A stretch of DNA of 36,224 nt, from assembly GCA_963720265.1 (NCBI GenBank), contig CAVRET010000002.1, forward strand, positions 1,072,069 through 1,108,292. The letters run 5' to 3'. Under the pieces are notes generated by a model. The model did not search any database, was not told where the DNA came from, and was given only the letters and a program-made list of their open reading frames with translations. This document shows, piece after piece, positions 8,432-16,296 of the stretch (positions are counted from its first letter, which is position 1; each line of letters begins with the position of its first letter). This DNA is from an uncultured bacterium. Its GTDB lineage: Bacteria > Patescibacteriota > Saccharimonadia > UBA4664. The translations under genes were made by a program, and so were the position numbers.

Positions 8432-8668
8432 ATGAAGACAGCAATTTCACTTCCAGATGAAGTATTTGAATCAGCCGAGCAGCTTGCAAAACGGCTAGGA
8501 AAGAGTCGCAGCGAATTGTATGCGCTTGCAATAAACGACTATCTAGATCGAAATAATGAGAGCGTTGTTCAGGAATCGTTGGATCAAGTCTATTCTCAAA
8601 ACAAAAGCCACGTTGACTCAAATCTAGGGACCATGCAAATGAAGTCAATTGCCCGCGAAGAATGGTGA
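8432..8668 (+). CDS. Ribbon-helix-helix antitoxin (ChpI/MazE-like)
   Basis: MKTAISLPDEVFESAEQLAKRLGKSRSELYALAI; overlaps the toxin start. Confidence 0.88.
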   Translation: MKTAISLPDEVFESAEQLAKRLGKSRSELYALAINDYLDRNNESVVQESLDQVYSQNKSHVDSNLGTMQMKSIAREEW

Positions 8669-9003
8669 AACGTGGAGATATATGGTGGGTAGATCTGTCG
8701 GAGCCAAGTGGATCGGAGCCTGGCTATGCGCGGCCAGTTCTGGTAATCCAAGCGAACTCTTTTAATCACAGTAGGATTTCGACTGTGATCGTAGTTGCCT
8801 TAAGTTCGAACATGGCACTCGCCGACGCACCTGGCAATGTTGTGCTCACGTCCAGACAAACCGGTCTATCAAAGGATTCAGTGGCCAACGTATCTCAGAT
8901 CCTTACCTTGGATAAGCAATTTCTTCGCGACAAATCATCCGATCTCAGCTCTAAACTCGTGCGCCAAATCGATCAAGGCCTGCACCTCGTGCTTGATCTG
9001 TAA
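8662..9003 (+). CDS. mazF: PemK/MazF-family endoribonuclease toxin
   Basis: KRGDIWWVDL...GSEPGYARPVLVIQ...DSVANVSQILTLDK. Confidence 0.93.
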   Translation: MVKRGDIWWVDLSEPSGSEPGYARPVLVIQANSFNHSRISTVIVVALSSNMALADAPGNVVLTSRQTGLSKDSVANVSQILTLDKQFLRDKSSDLSSKLVRQIDQGLHLVLDL

Positions 9004-9008
9004 ACACC

Positions 9009-9061
9009 TGATCTCAAAAGCTTGACATAAGCTCATACAGCCACCTTAAAAGGTGTTCGAC
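9009..9061 (+). repeat. 53-bp repeat R2, copy 1
   Basis: Ungapped match to 10424-10476 (38/53 by manual count), ending AAAAGGTGTTCGAC. Confidence 0.7.
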
Positions 9062-9102
9062 TGGAGACCTCTCTCGCGCACCAAGGAATTATTCAGGATG
9101 CG

Positions 9103-9133
9103 AAAGTGTTCCAGATTGGAGCACTTTATTTTT
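9103..9133 (+). terminator. Probable terminator hairpin
   Basis: AAAGTGTTCCA-GAT-TGGAGCACTTT followed by a T run. Confidence 0.55.
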
Positions 9134-9296
9134 GTGCCATACACAACGGCTTTCTCTGGGAACTTATTGCGGGCTCAGGTCAGTTGGTATGGTACAATAC
9201 TTATGCATAAGCATTAACCAAAAATAATGATAAATTCACCATACGAGATTCTTGCGTATGGCGGGTAAACTGAGTTAAGGGAGGAGCGGTATATCG

Positions 9297-9881
9297 ATGT
9301 CAGCGCAGGAGCGATACGACAACTACGCTCAAATGGCCCAGAAAATTATAACTCAGCAGCCTGCTGCAACTCCCGGTGAACAGGCTATATCACTTGCTGC
9401 GCCACAAAACCAGATTAAGGAAAAAAATACGATCCTGGTCGGAGTGCTTTTTGGGGTTGCCGTGGTGGTACTCACGTTCATCAAAGTAATCCCGGGCATA
9501 TTATTCATCCCGCTCATATTCTTTATAGTTATGCTTATTAAGTTTTACAGCATACGCCGCTATCTAGTGGTGGCAACGGACCAGCGTGTATTGTTCATCG
9601 GACTGTCTAAGGTTAACAACAAAAAGATTACTAGTATCGAGTCATTCCCGTACTCATCGGTACGTTTGGGCGACGTACAGCAACGAGGCAAGAGGAAAAT
9701 CGTTACAATTGCGACGTCGGCTGGCCGGTATGTATTTCAATTTTTTCCAACCATACTTGATCTGAACTTAGACCCGGTCCTTGCCTGCATCCAGCAGCAA
9801 CAAGCTAAGACACCAGCTGCCGTCGCGCCGACGGAAGTACCCACAAACCCACAAGCCAATGGAAATCAAAACCAAAACTGA
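9297..9881 (+). CDS. Membrane protein (2 TM plus a PH-like beta domain)
   Basis: GGAGG upstream; hydrophobic hairpin followed by YLVVATDQRVLF. Confidence 0.75.
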   Translation: MSAQERYDNYAQMAQKIITQQPAATPGEQAISLAAPQNQIKEKNTILVGVLFGVAVVVLTFIKVIPGILFIPLIFFIVMLIKFYSIRRYLVVATDQRVLFIGLSKVNNKKITSIESFPYSSVRLGDVQQRGKRKIVTIATSAGRYVFQFFPTILDLNLDPVLACIQQQQAKTPAAVAPTEVPTNPQANGNQNQN

Positions 9882-10398
9882 CAACATACTCGTGGCGACA
9901 GCCAGGCCACGATATATTTTCTTCGGTATTTATGTGCTCGCGTTTACGGGCCTTGCCATACCGTTTATCATCTACGGCCCATTTCTATTTGCCCTTTTCT
10001 TTATACTCTTGGCCATCGGAATGCTGGCATGCATCTGGGGTTATCGGCTGACGATCGACAAGCAGGCAGGCACAATAACGATTAGAAGCTGGGGTGTAGT
10101 GAGGCCATGGCCAAAAGATAGGACGATATTAATAAGCGATGTGTCTCACCTCGATACGGGCCTCGCACCCAGTGCGCCCAGTACTGAATCTCGTATTGTG
10201 TTCTACCTTGCGAACAACAAGTCCATAAAGTTCGGAATTAGCAGGGGGCATTACTATAAGACCTTTAGATGGTTTTTGTCCATAGCCACCGGTCATAGAG
10301 AATCAGGGGGTGAGTATATCATCGGTGAAGTTGCCCAGTTTATTGGGTTTAACAATCGAGACGGCCTCGGCTACACCTGGTTTCGGCCACAACTCTGA
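9859..10398 (+). CDS. Membrane protein (2 TM plus a PH-like domain)
   Basis: Two TM segments then RLTIDKQAGTITIRS; overlaps the upstream gene end. Confidence 0.72.
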   Translation: MEIKTKTDNILVATARPRYIFFGIYVLAFTGLAIPFIIYGPFLFALFFILLAIGMLACIWGYRLTIDKQAGTITIRSWGVVRPWPKDRTILISDVSHLDTGLAPSAPSTESRIVFYLANNKSIKFGISRGHYYKTFRWFLSIATGHRESGGEYIIGEVAQFIGFNNRDGLGYTWFRPQL

Positions 10399-10423
10399 GC
10401 TATCTTTTAATCCTTATCAACTT

Positions 10424-10476
10424 TGACCTCGAAAAGTTAATATAAGGCTATCAAGCCATTGTAAAAGGTATTCGAC
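10424..10476 (+). repeat. 53-bp repeat R2, copy 2
   Basis: Matches 9009-9061 and ends AAAAGGTATTCGAC. Confidence 0.7.
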
Positions 10477-11039
10477 AAGGCTAGTTAAACTCTCAGCAAT
10501 GCGGCAGCGCGGAAGGCCGCCAGTTTGTGCCGGTCCCTATGCCGTTATTGATAATGTACCTTTGGTTACTATATGGATTCGGTCCCCAGGTCGTGAAGAA
10601 GCCCAGATAGTTATTCTGATTCGAGGGGCAAGTCTCGCGGGCGGTTCGCCTTCAATTCTTGGCTGCACCGCTAGGCGTATTAGCTCCCTTAAATCGGGTT
10701 TTCCCGAAACTTTGGGATCGCCAAATCGGAATCTATTGTCACTGAACTCCTTCGATAGGGGGCGAGAATTACTATTACATTGTTTATGTAATAAGTCAAT
10801 CGTCCCTGTGTATAGAAGTACATGAGACTCTCACCCATTTTCAGATTTAGGCGACGTCAAGAAATGATTACCTTAGCGGATTGACGCTTTCTCTATCTGG
10901 GATAATTCCCGGTGCAAGCAGATGGGTAAAAGCTTACCCCTTATCAGGGATGAAATCACTCGCTCGCAAGAGATTTTAGCTATTCCTTTCCGAGACCATC
11001 AGCTCACGAAGTAAGATATGGGAGTTACAATGACCAAGA

Positions 11040-11411
11040 GTGGAGATAACTTATATCGTAATCGATGAGGTAGTTTGTTCCAGATTCGAATGCGGTCGTA
11101 GCTTTGGAGCTTATCCAAGTGGAATGGAGTCGGAGAGTGAAAGGCGCTTATGCCCCGAGTGCGGCGACTATGCTCGTACTGTGCGTAATGGCCCGATTAA
11201 ATTGATTGTAAAGATTGGCAGCGAGAAATCGTTTATATGGTTTAGAGCTTTCGATGAGTTGACCTGCGCGTATGAGCGTCTGTTCACGGTTGGCTACAAT
11301 CTTTTTGAGACTATGCCAGTAACTCCGGGTAAGCCGCGGCGGGATCTCTCTATCTGGCGCAAACCTAGCTTCAACAAAGCTCGCCGCTTTTTGAAGGCGT
11401 TTGTCGAATAG
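11040..11411 (+). CDS. Hypothetical protein with a possible Zn ribbon
   Basis: CSRFECG...CPECG cysteine pairs; GTG start. Confidence 0.5.
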   Translation: MEITYIVIDEVVCSRFECGRSFGAYPSGMESESERRLCPECGDYARTVRNGPIKLIVKIGSEKSFIWFRAFDELTCAYERLFTVGYNLFETMPVTPGKPRRDLSIWRKPSFNKARRFLKAFVE

Positions 11412-11511
11412 CTTGTGTTGATATCTCGTCTCTCTCATCACTGCTTCCATGGGTTGACACACGTGCCATTGAAGTGATTTACATTTTCATTAAAGTAGCG
11501 TATAGTTAGGT

Positions 11512-11603
11512 TGTACTTGTGGGGCTTGCCCTAGAACCGGCCAAGGTTAATGTCCTAAGTCGGAAGCAAGTACACTAAAGTACGTCCCTCTGGGGCGTTT
11601 TTT
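11512..11603 (+). ncRNA. Putative ~90-nt structured small RNA
   Basis: Promoter TTTACA(11478)-17 nt-TATAGT(11501), closing stem TGTACTTG/CAAGTACA and terminator ACGTCCC-TCT-GGGGCGT-TTTTT; no ORF. Confidence 0.55.
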
Positions 11604-11994
11604 AGTATTTCATAATGCTCTGAAAGTAATGCTGGCCTTTATCTCCAACTTTGCGAGTTACGACTCGGACACGCACGCTATCTTTTCCCACACGTGCCTC
11701 CAGGGCATGATAGGTGACTTCTATCTTCTTACCGTCGATTACTTCTTTACGAATTCGTGTCTCGAGGACCTCGTCACAGTTGTGAATGACCGGTGCGATC
11801 AGCGGCACCAATACGAGCCGATTAAAGATAGCGGCCGTCTCACGACGGTGCTGGCCCTTGAATACCAGATGCTTGAAGCCAGGCATATTGAAGTGTACTT
11901 TTGCACCAATAGCTTTTGACTCGATAGGTCGTAAAGCCATGTAAATCACCTTATATTTCGCGATTAGCTCAGCAGTCGATATTCGCTCTGTCAT
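11602..11994 (-). CDS. Putative BECR-fold (LPD3/PBECR-like) RNase
   Basis: Basic 130-aa protein with VHFNMPGFKHL and a C-terminal beta meander VRVRVVTRK...YFQSI; TGGTATAAT 6 nt upstream. Confidence 0.6.
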   Translation of the reverse strand: MTERISTAELIAKYKVIYMALRPIESKAIGAKVHFNMPGFKHLVFKGQHRRETAAIFNRLVLVPLIAPVIHNCDEVLETRIRKEVIDGKKIEVTYHALEARVGKDSVRVRVVTRKVGDKGQHYFQSIMKY

Positions 11995-12092
11995 GCACTT
12001 ATTATACCACTTTGCCAGATGAGACGAGCAACTTGCAGATTCTAGCAAGTCCACCCGTTGGAAGATTACTTATTTTTTAAAGTCACAACCCC

Positions 12093-12308
12093 TCCAGGAG
12101 GAGGCCCAGCTGGCCCGCTACCTGTAGAGTTCTGAAGACGTCCCCGAAGGACCGTATGGGGAATCAAACTTTTAATAGTGGCTTACGTAAAGTAAAAACA
12201 CTCATTTCTGAGCGTTTTTACAGATTAGTGCCAAGATGATTGATTTTGCGTTTTTGGCTTCCCCTTGCCGGGAAGAGGTCCACTATTTAAGCATAGGTTC
12301 AATGGTGC
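12093..12308 (-). repeat. 216-bp repeat R1, copy 3 (inverted)
   Basis: The reverse complement aligns with 4262-4477 over its whole length. Confidence 0.95.
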
Positions 12309-12327
12309 ACCATAGCTCTTATGCATA

Positions 12328-12353
12328 AAAAGAGACTCAGCTGAGTCTCTTTT
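12328..12353. terminator. Perfect 26-bp palindrome (bidirectional terminator or operator)
   Basis: AAAAGAGACTCAGCTGAGTCTCTTTT. Confidence 0.6.
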
Positions 12354-12414
12354 GTTATTGAGTGCGCCGCATACCTATTCGTACGTGCAACCCTGGCAGG
12401 TGTATAATTAAGCC

Positions 12415-12591
12415 ATGAAAGACCATGTATACACAGCAGTAATTGAACTTGACACCGCGACGGGTTTTTATGTAGCCTATGTTCCCGACCTCCCAGGCGC
12501 TCATACTCAGGCCGAAACCCTCGAGGAACTTCAAGAGAACTTGTTGGAAGTCGTTGAGCTTGTTGGGGTAGGAGAAGAATATGAAGAATAA
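12415..12591 (+). CDS. hicB: HicB-family antitoxin (short; absent from the ORF track)
   Basis: Manual translation gives MKDHVYTAVIELDTATGFYVAYVPDLPGAHTQAETLEELQENLLEVVELVGVGEEYEE*. Confidence 0.85.
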   Translation: MKDHVYTAVIELDTATGFYVAYVPDLPGAHTQAETLEELQENLLEVVELVGVGEEYEE

Positions 12592-12826
12592 CAATCTCGA
12601 ACTCGAATACCAGGCCGTCTTCCAGGAAGAGACTGACGGCGGATTCTCTGTCTGGGTGCCCGACCTGCCGGGGTGTGCATCTCAAGGCGAAACCCTTGAG
12701 GAGGCGCTGGAAAACATCAAGGAGGCGATCGAACTCTACCTTGAAGATTCGGATGTCGAATTCGAAAAACAGGATTTCGACTATAGGCGCCAATTCGTAG
12801 TGCCCGTCAAACTGGCCCATGCCTAA
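12581..12826 (+). CDS. hicB: HicB-family antitoxin
   Basis: GGFSVWVPDLPGCASQGETLEEALENIKEAIELYLE. Confidence 0.92.
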   Translation: MKNNNLELEYQAVFQEETDGGFSVWVPDLPGCASQGETLEEALENIKEAIELYLEDSDVEFEKQDFDYRRQFVVPVKLAHA

Positions 12827-13046
12827 ACTTCCGCAGCTTTCAGGAGCAGAGCTGATGAAGGCATTACGACGACTTGGTTTTGAAGTTGTTAGCCAAAAGG
12901 GGAGCCATGTGAAGATGAAACATGCTGATGGTCGAGTCGCAATTGTCCCAAACCACAAGCTCATAAAGCCTGGAACTCTGAAAAAGGGAATACTAAATCC
13001 GCTAGGAATAAGCGTGGAGCAAATAGTGGGAGCCATCAAAAAGTAA
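12819..13046 (+). CDS. hicA: HicA-family mRNA interferase toxin
   Basis: LGFEVVSQKGSHVKMKH...VPNHKLIKPGTL. Confidence 0.92.
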   Translation: MPKLPQLSGAELMKALRRLGFEVVSQKGSHVKMKHADGRVAIVPNHKLIKPGTLKKGILNPLGISVEQIVGAIKK

Positions 13047-13234
13047 CCCCCTCACTGGCGGCGAAATACACGATGTCTCCGTTTACAGGAGCAAGTCCAA
13101 GATCCGCCAATTTCTCGTGCATCAGGTACAAACTTAAGCATAAGCGGTTCCACTTATAATCCAGTAGGCACACCAGGAATAATCAGCGTTCGCAAATACG
13201 GGGCCAAAGGGCTTCGTTTTGATATAATTTGGCC

Positions 13235-13534
13235 ATGCAAGACGCTCCCATATTACCGCAGCAGTTGGACTATACTTTTAAGGCACCAATCGGTGTGAAC
13301 GTCAAAGGCTCTATCTGGTCCTGCGTGGAAATGCCTAATTCGGCAGAGTTTTTTGGGACAAGGAGATCGGTAAGGGGTGATATTGAAATCGATGGGATTG
13401 AATTGCCCAACGTAGGATTCATGGTCACTGGCACTGGGGGACATATGATATCTATAAGCCAAAAGTTACGGCAGCAGTTGAACAAGGACATTGGTGACGA
13501 GGTAACAGTCCTTCTTATACGCCGTGTCAAATGA
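13235..13534 (+). CDS. DUF1905-like protein
   Basis: FFGTRRSVRGDIEIDG...MVTGTGGHMISISQKLRQQLNKDIGDEVTV. Confidence 0.75.
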   Translation: MQDAPILPQQLDYTFKAPIGVNVKGSIWSCVEMPNSAEFFGTRRSVRGDIEIDGIELPNVGFMVTGTGGHMISISQKLRQQLNKDIGDEVTVLLIRRVK

Positions 13535-13555
13535 TAATCTCGTCAAATATAATTC

Positions 13556-13990
13556 ATGGGTAAAATGACTGCTCAAAACGACAATTCAGTCAAAGACTAT
13601 GTTACTTCACTTGATGATGAGCAAACCGTAAAAGATTGCAGGGTGCTCATTGAAATGATGCACCGCATCAGCGGGCATGAGCCAAAGCTGTGGAATGTGG
13701 GCACGATCGGCTTTGATACCTACCATTACAAGTACGACAGCGGGCGCGAAGGCGATGCCGCAACCATTAGTTTTTATCCAAGAAAAGGCAAGATAACAAT
13801 ATATTTAATGGACGGCACGGTCCGTTACTCCGAATTACTGGCTCGCTTAGGCAAACATACTACGAGCCGGGTTTGCTTATACATCAAGCGGCTCAGTGAT
13901 ATAGAGCCGCCAATACTTGAACAAATCGTGCAGCAATCTTATGCGTACGTAAAGTCCCAAGATGGGCACATGCACCGAGCATTAGAGTAA
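13556..13990 (+). CDS. DUF1801-like protein
   Basis: PKLWNVGTIGFDTYHYKYDSGREGD...LGKHTTSRVCLYIKRL. Confidence 0.85.
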   Translation: MGKMTAQNDNSVKDYVTSLDDEQTVKDCRVLIEMMHRISGHEPKLWNVGTIGFDTYHYKYDSGREGDAATISFYPRKGKITIYLMDGTVRYSELLARLGKHTTSRVCLYIKRLSDIEPPILEQIVQQSYAYVKSQDGHMHRALE

Positions 13991-14022
13991 ACGGCTGAGG
14001 CCTTTTGTCTTATAGTATGGGC

Positions 14023-14574
14023 ATGAATCTGATACTAATATACGGCCCGCCGGCGTCCGGAAAGCTCACTGTCGCCAAAAAGTTGGCGACCATAACCGGT
14101 TACACGCTGCTAGATAATCATCAAGTAACAGACTATCTGCCCCAACTATTTCCGAGTGGGCTGCCGGACCTTGAAGTCGCGGGGGCAAAGCTAGGAAGAA
14201 AGATAAGACTGCTCATATTCGAAGCCGCAGCAGCAAACAATGTAAGTTTAATCACAACCTTTGCCCCATTAGTTGATGGCGCCCATGATTTCATTCGAAG
14301 CATTAAATCGAGCGTAGAGGATGCGGGCGGTAAGCTCTACTTGGTACAACTCATTCCGAACCAGCAGGCGCTGGATAGTAGAGTGGTTGGCGAGTCTAGA
14401 GAAGGAGGAAAGGCGCAGACGGTTCAACGACTACGCGAATTAGCCGACCGTTATCCGGTGATGTTTGAAAGATTTCCAGATTTAGAGCATTTAGTTATCA
14501 ATAACTCGAGTATGCAGCCAAATGAAGTAGCTCGGCTAATTTACGAACATTACAGCTTAGCCAAGTCAGCGTAA
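14023..14574 (+). CDS. P-loop kinase (shikimate/NMP-kinase-like)
   Basis: LILIYGPPASGKLTVAK...LLDNH. Confidence 0.82.
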   Translation: MNLILIYGPPASGKLTVAKKLATITGYTLLDNHQVTDYLPQLFPSGLPDLEVAGAKLGRKIRLLIFEAAAANNVSLITTFAPLVDGAHDFIRSIKSSVEDAGGKLYLVQLIPNQQALDSRVVGESREGGKAQTVQRLRELADRYPVMFERFPDLEHLVINNSSMQPNEVARLIYEHYSLAKSA

Positions 14575-14608
14575 CGCCCACCGGCCGGTCCACTGGTATC
14601 ATATGGAT

Positions 14609-15553
14609 ATGCAAATTGGGCTGAAACAGCTAATTAACCCGGAATTACAATCGCTTGTAGATGAAAGCAAGCAATTTTATGAAGCCAAGAATGCCGCTGC
14701 CGAAGACAAAAAGCAGCCTGATCTAACCACGCATGACGGCCTGCTAAAAGCCCGAAATTCCCGTAAACTGGCCGTCGTATTGACGGACCGCCAAGTTACC
14801 CAAAGTATTGCTGAGGCAGATGGCAGAAAAGTTCCTGTACGAATTATCCAGCCCAAGAAATCCAAGCCGCGGGGCGTGTACCTGAATATTTCTGGTGGTG
14901 GTTTCTACCTTGATGAAGCTACCAGAAACGATATCCAAAATGCCCATCTTGCGGACGCTCTCGGGGTAGCAGTCGTGAGCGTTAACTATCGACTAGCGCC
15001 GGAAAACCCCTGGCCCGCGGCACCTGATGACTGTGCGACCGCAGCCTTTTGGTTGGTGGGGCAATCAAAAACGCTGTTTGGAACGTCACGCCTCCTCATC
15101 GGTGGCGCGTCGGCCGGTGCCAACTTAGCCATGACTACATTGCTTAGGCTGCGCGCCAACAAGCTTATAACGCCGTTTATTGGCGCCGTTTTACAATTTG
15201 GGGCCTACGATTTGAGCGGCCAAACCCCGGGTGGCCGGCTCTATGCTGACGAATATTTTATTCAGGCCTACGCCAGTCAGGTTGCCGACAAGGCCCAACC
15301 TGGCTTATCGCCTCTGTATGGCGACTTGAAAGGCTTGCCGCCGGCGTTAATGGTGGTAGGTACGGCAGATATTTTAATGGAAGATAATTTTGCCATGGCC
15401 GCCCGGCTTGCGGCCGCCGGTTGCGAAGTGGATTTACGGGTTTACCCAGAGGCCGGACATGGTTTTACATTTCATCCCACAAAAATGGCCGCGGCTGCAT
15501 CGGAAGACATGAAAGATTGGCTCAAACAACGCATCGAAAACTCTGTCGAGTAG
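14609..15553 (+). CDS. Alpha/beta hydrolase (HSL-family esterase)
   Basis: SGGGF oxyanion motif, YRLAPE, GASAG nucleophile, catalytic D and HGF. Confidence 0.9.
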   Translation: MQIGLKQLINPELQSLVDESKQFYEAKNAAAEDKKQPDLTTHDGLLKARNSRKLAVVLTDRQVTQSIAEADGRKVPVRIIQPKKSKPRGVYLNISGGGFYLDEATRNDIQNAHLADALGVAVVSVNYRLAPENPWPAAPDDCATAAFWLVGQSKTLFGTSRLLIGGASAGANLAMTTLLRLRANKLITPFIGAVLQFGAYDLSGQTPGGRLYADEYFIQAYASQVADKAQPGLSPLYGDLKGLPPALMVVGTADILMEDNFAMAARLAAAGCEVDLRVYPEAGHGFTFHPTKMAAAASEDMKDWLKQRIENSVE

Positions 15554-15616
15554 ACAAACGGCACCTTAAGTGACATAATAACTCAGCATTCCGCACCTAC
15601 GAAGTGGGGGAGTTAC

Positions 15617-15943
15617 TTGAAAGTAGGCAGAGTTACGTTCGAGATCGTGGTGACAGATGAGAGCGCCGAGTGGGTTTACGAACACATCCTTGACACGCCC
15701 AGGAGGGCGCCCGGAGTTACGCTCGTTGCCGAGCCGGAGGTTGAGCGCATTCCCAGCGACCCGGTCAGCTTTCGGATCAAGGGCACCTTCGAGCTTCCGT
15801 TCATTGAACGTGAGATAAACGCCACGAAGAGCCACATCGAAACTGCGCCCACGCGGCGCGCAGGCATCACCATCATTAGCTGCGAGGCCGCCATAGTCGA
15901 TATCTTCGAAGAAGGGCAAAATGACGAGCACCATGAGCCCTAG
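15617..15943 (+). CDS. Hypothetical protein
   Basis: GGGGAG before a TTG start; followed by a strong hairpin. Confidence 0.5.
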   Translation: MKVGRVTFEIVVTDESAEWVYEHILDTPRRAPGVTLVAEPEVERIPSDPVSFRIKGTFELPFIEREINATKSHIETAPTRRAGITIISCEAAIVDIFEEGQNDEHHEP

Positions 15944-15972
15944 GCCTCGGGACCTCCCGAAGCCTAGGGCTC
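15935..15972. terminator. Hairpin between convergent genes
   Basis: GAGCCCTAGGCCTCGGGA-CC-TCCCGAAGCCTAGGGCTC. Confidence 0.6.
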
Positions 15973-15997
15973 GTTCCGTGCCAAAGCTCCCTAGTAT

Positions 15998-16189
15998 TTA
16001 GTCTTCGTCACTGGTGTGGTGCTTATTCGGCAACAGATATGCCAGCAACAGCGCCAAAATAAACGATATGAACCAGCTCAAGATCAGGAACAGCCAAAAG
16101 CTATAACCCCGGCTCTTGGCCACTCGCGCCGGCCAAAGCGCCACCAAAATCCACAAGATAATTCCGATAATAAACAAACCAAAATACAT
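15998..16189 (-). CDS. Small 2-TM membrane protein
   Basis: WPARVAKSRGYSFWLF pattern; GGAGG upstream. Confidence 0.8.
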   Translation of the reverse strand: MYFGLFIIGIILWILVALWPARVAKSRGYSFWLFLILSWFISFILALLLAYLLPNKHHTSDED

Positions 16190-16296
16190 ATTCCCTCCAC
16201 GCTTATGCTTATCTTACGCGCCCGGTGCGGGTCAAACAAGACGTGCGGTCCGACTTGAATTAGGGCTTGATTGCGGGTTAAATAGAAAACTATCCC

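Larger units (their letters stand above)
4262..13175. mobile_element. tRNA-Gly-anchored accessory island / tandem cassette array rich in toxin-antitoxin modules
   Basis: Starts at the tRNA 3' end. GCACCA cores recur at 4262, 5727, 7179, 8280, 9078 and 12303-12312, with repeats, an integrase-like remnant and visibly lower GC than the flanks. The right boundary is uncertain. Confidence 0.8.

Noticed and set aside
10499-10825. 108-aa ORF and minus-strand fragments
   Set aside because: No recognisable motif or convincing start; probably decayed sequence, so left uncalled.
4262-12308. R1/R2 repeats as a CRISPR array or classical integron attC array
   Set aside because: The repeats are 216 and 53 bp with kb-scale spacing. 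I saw no cas or intI gene and no RYYYAAC/GTTRRRY attC ends.
12299-13039. 246-aa minus-strand ORF
   Set aside because: It is antisense to three well-supported hic genes and has no motif.
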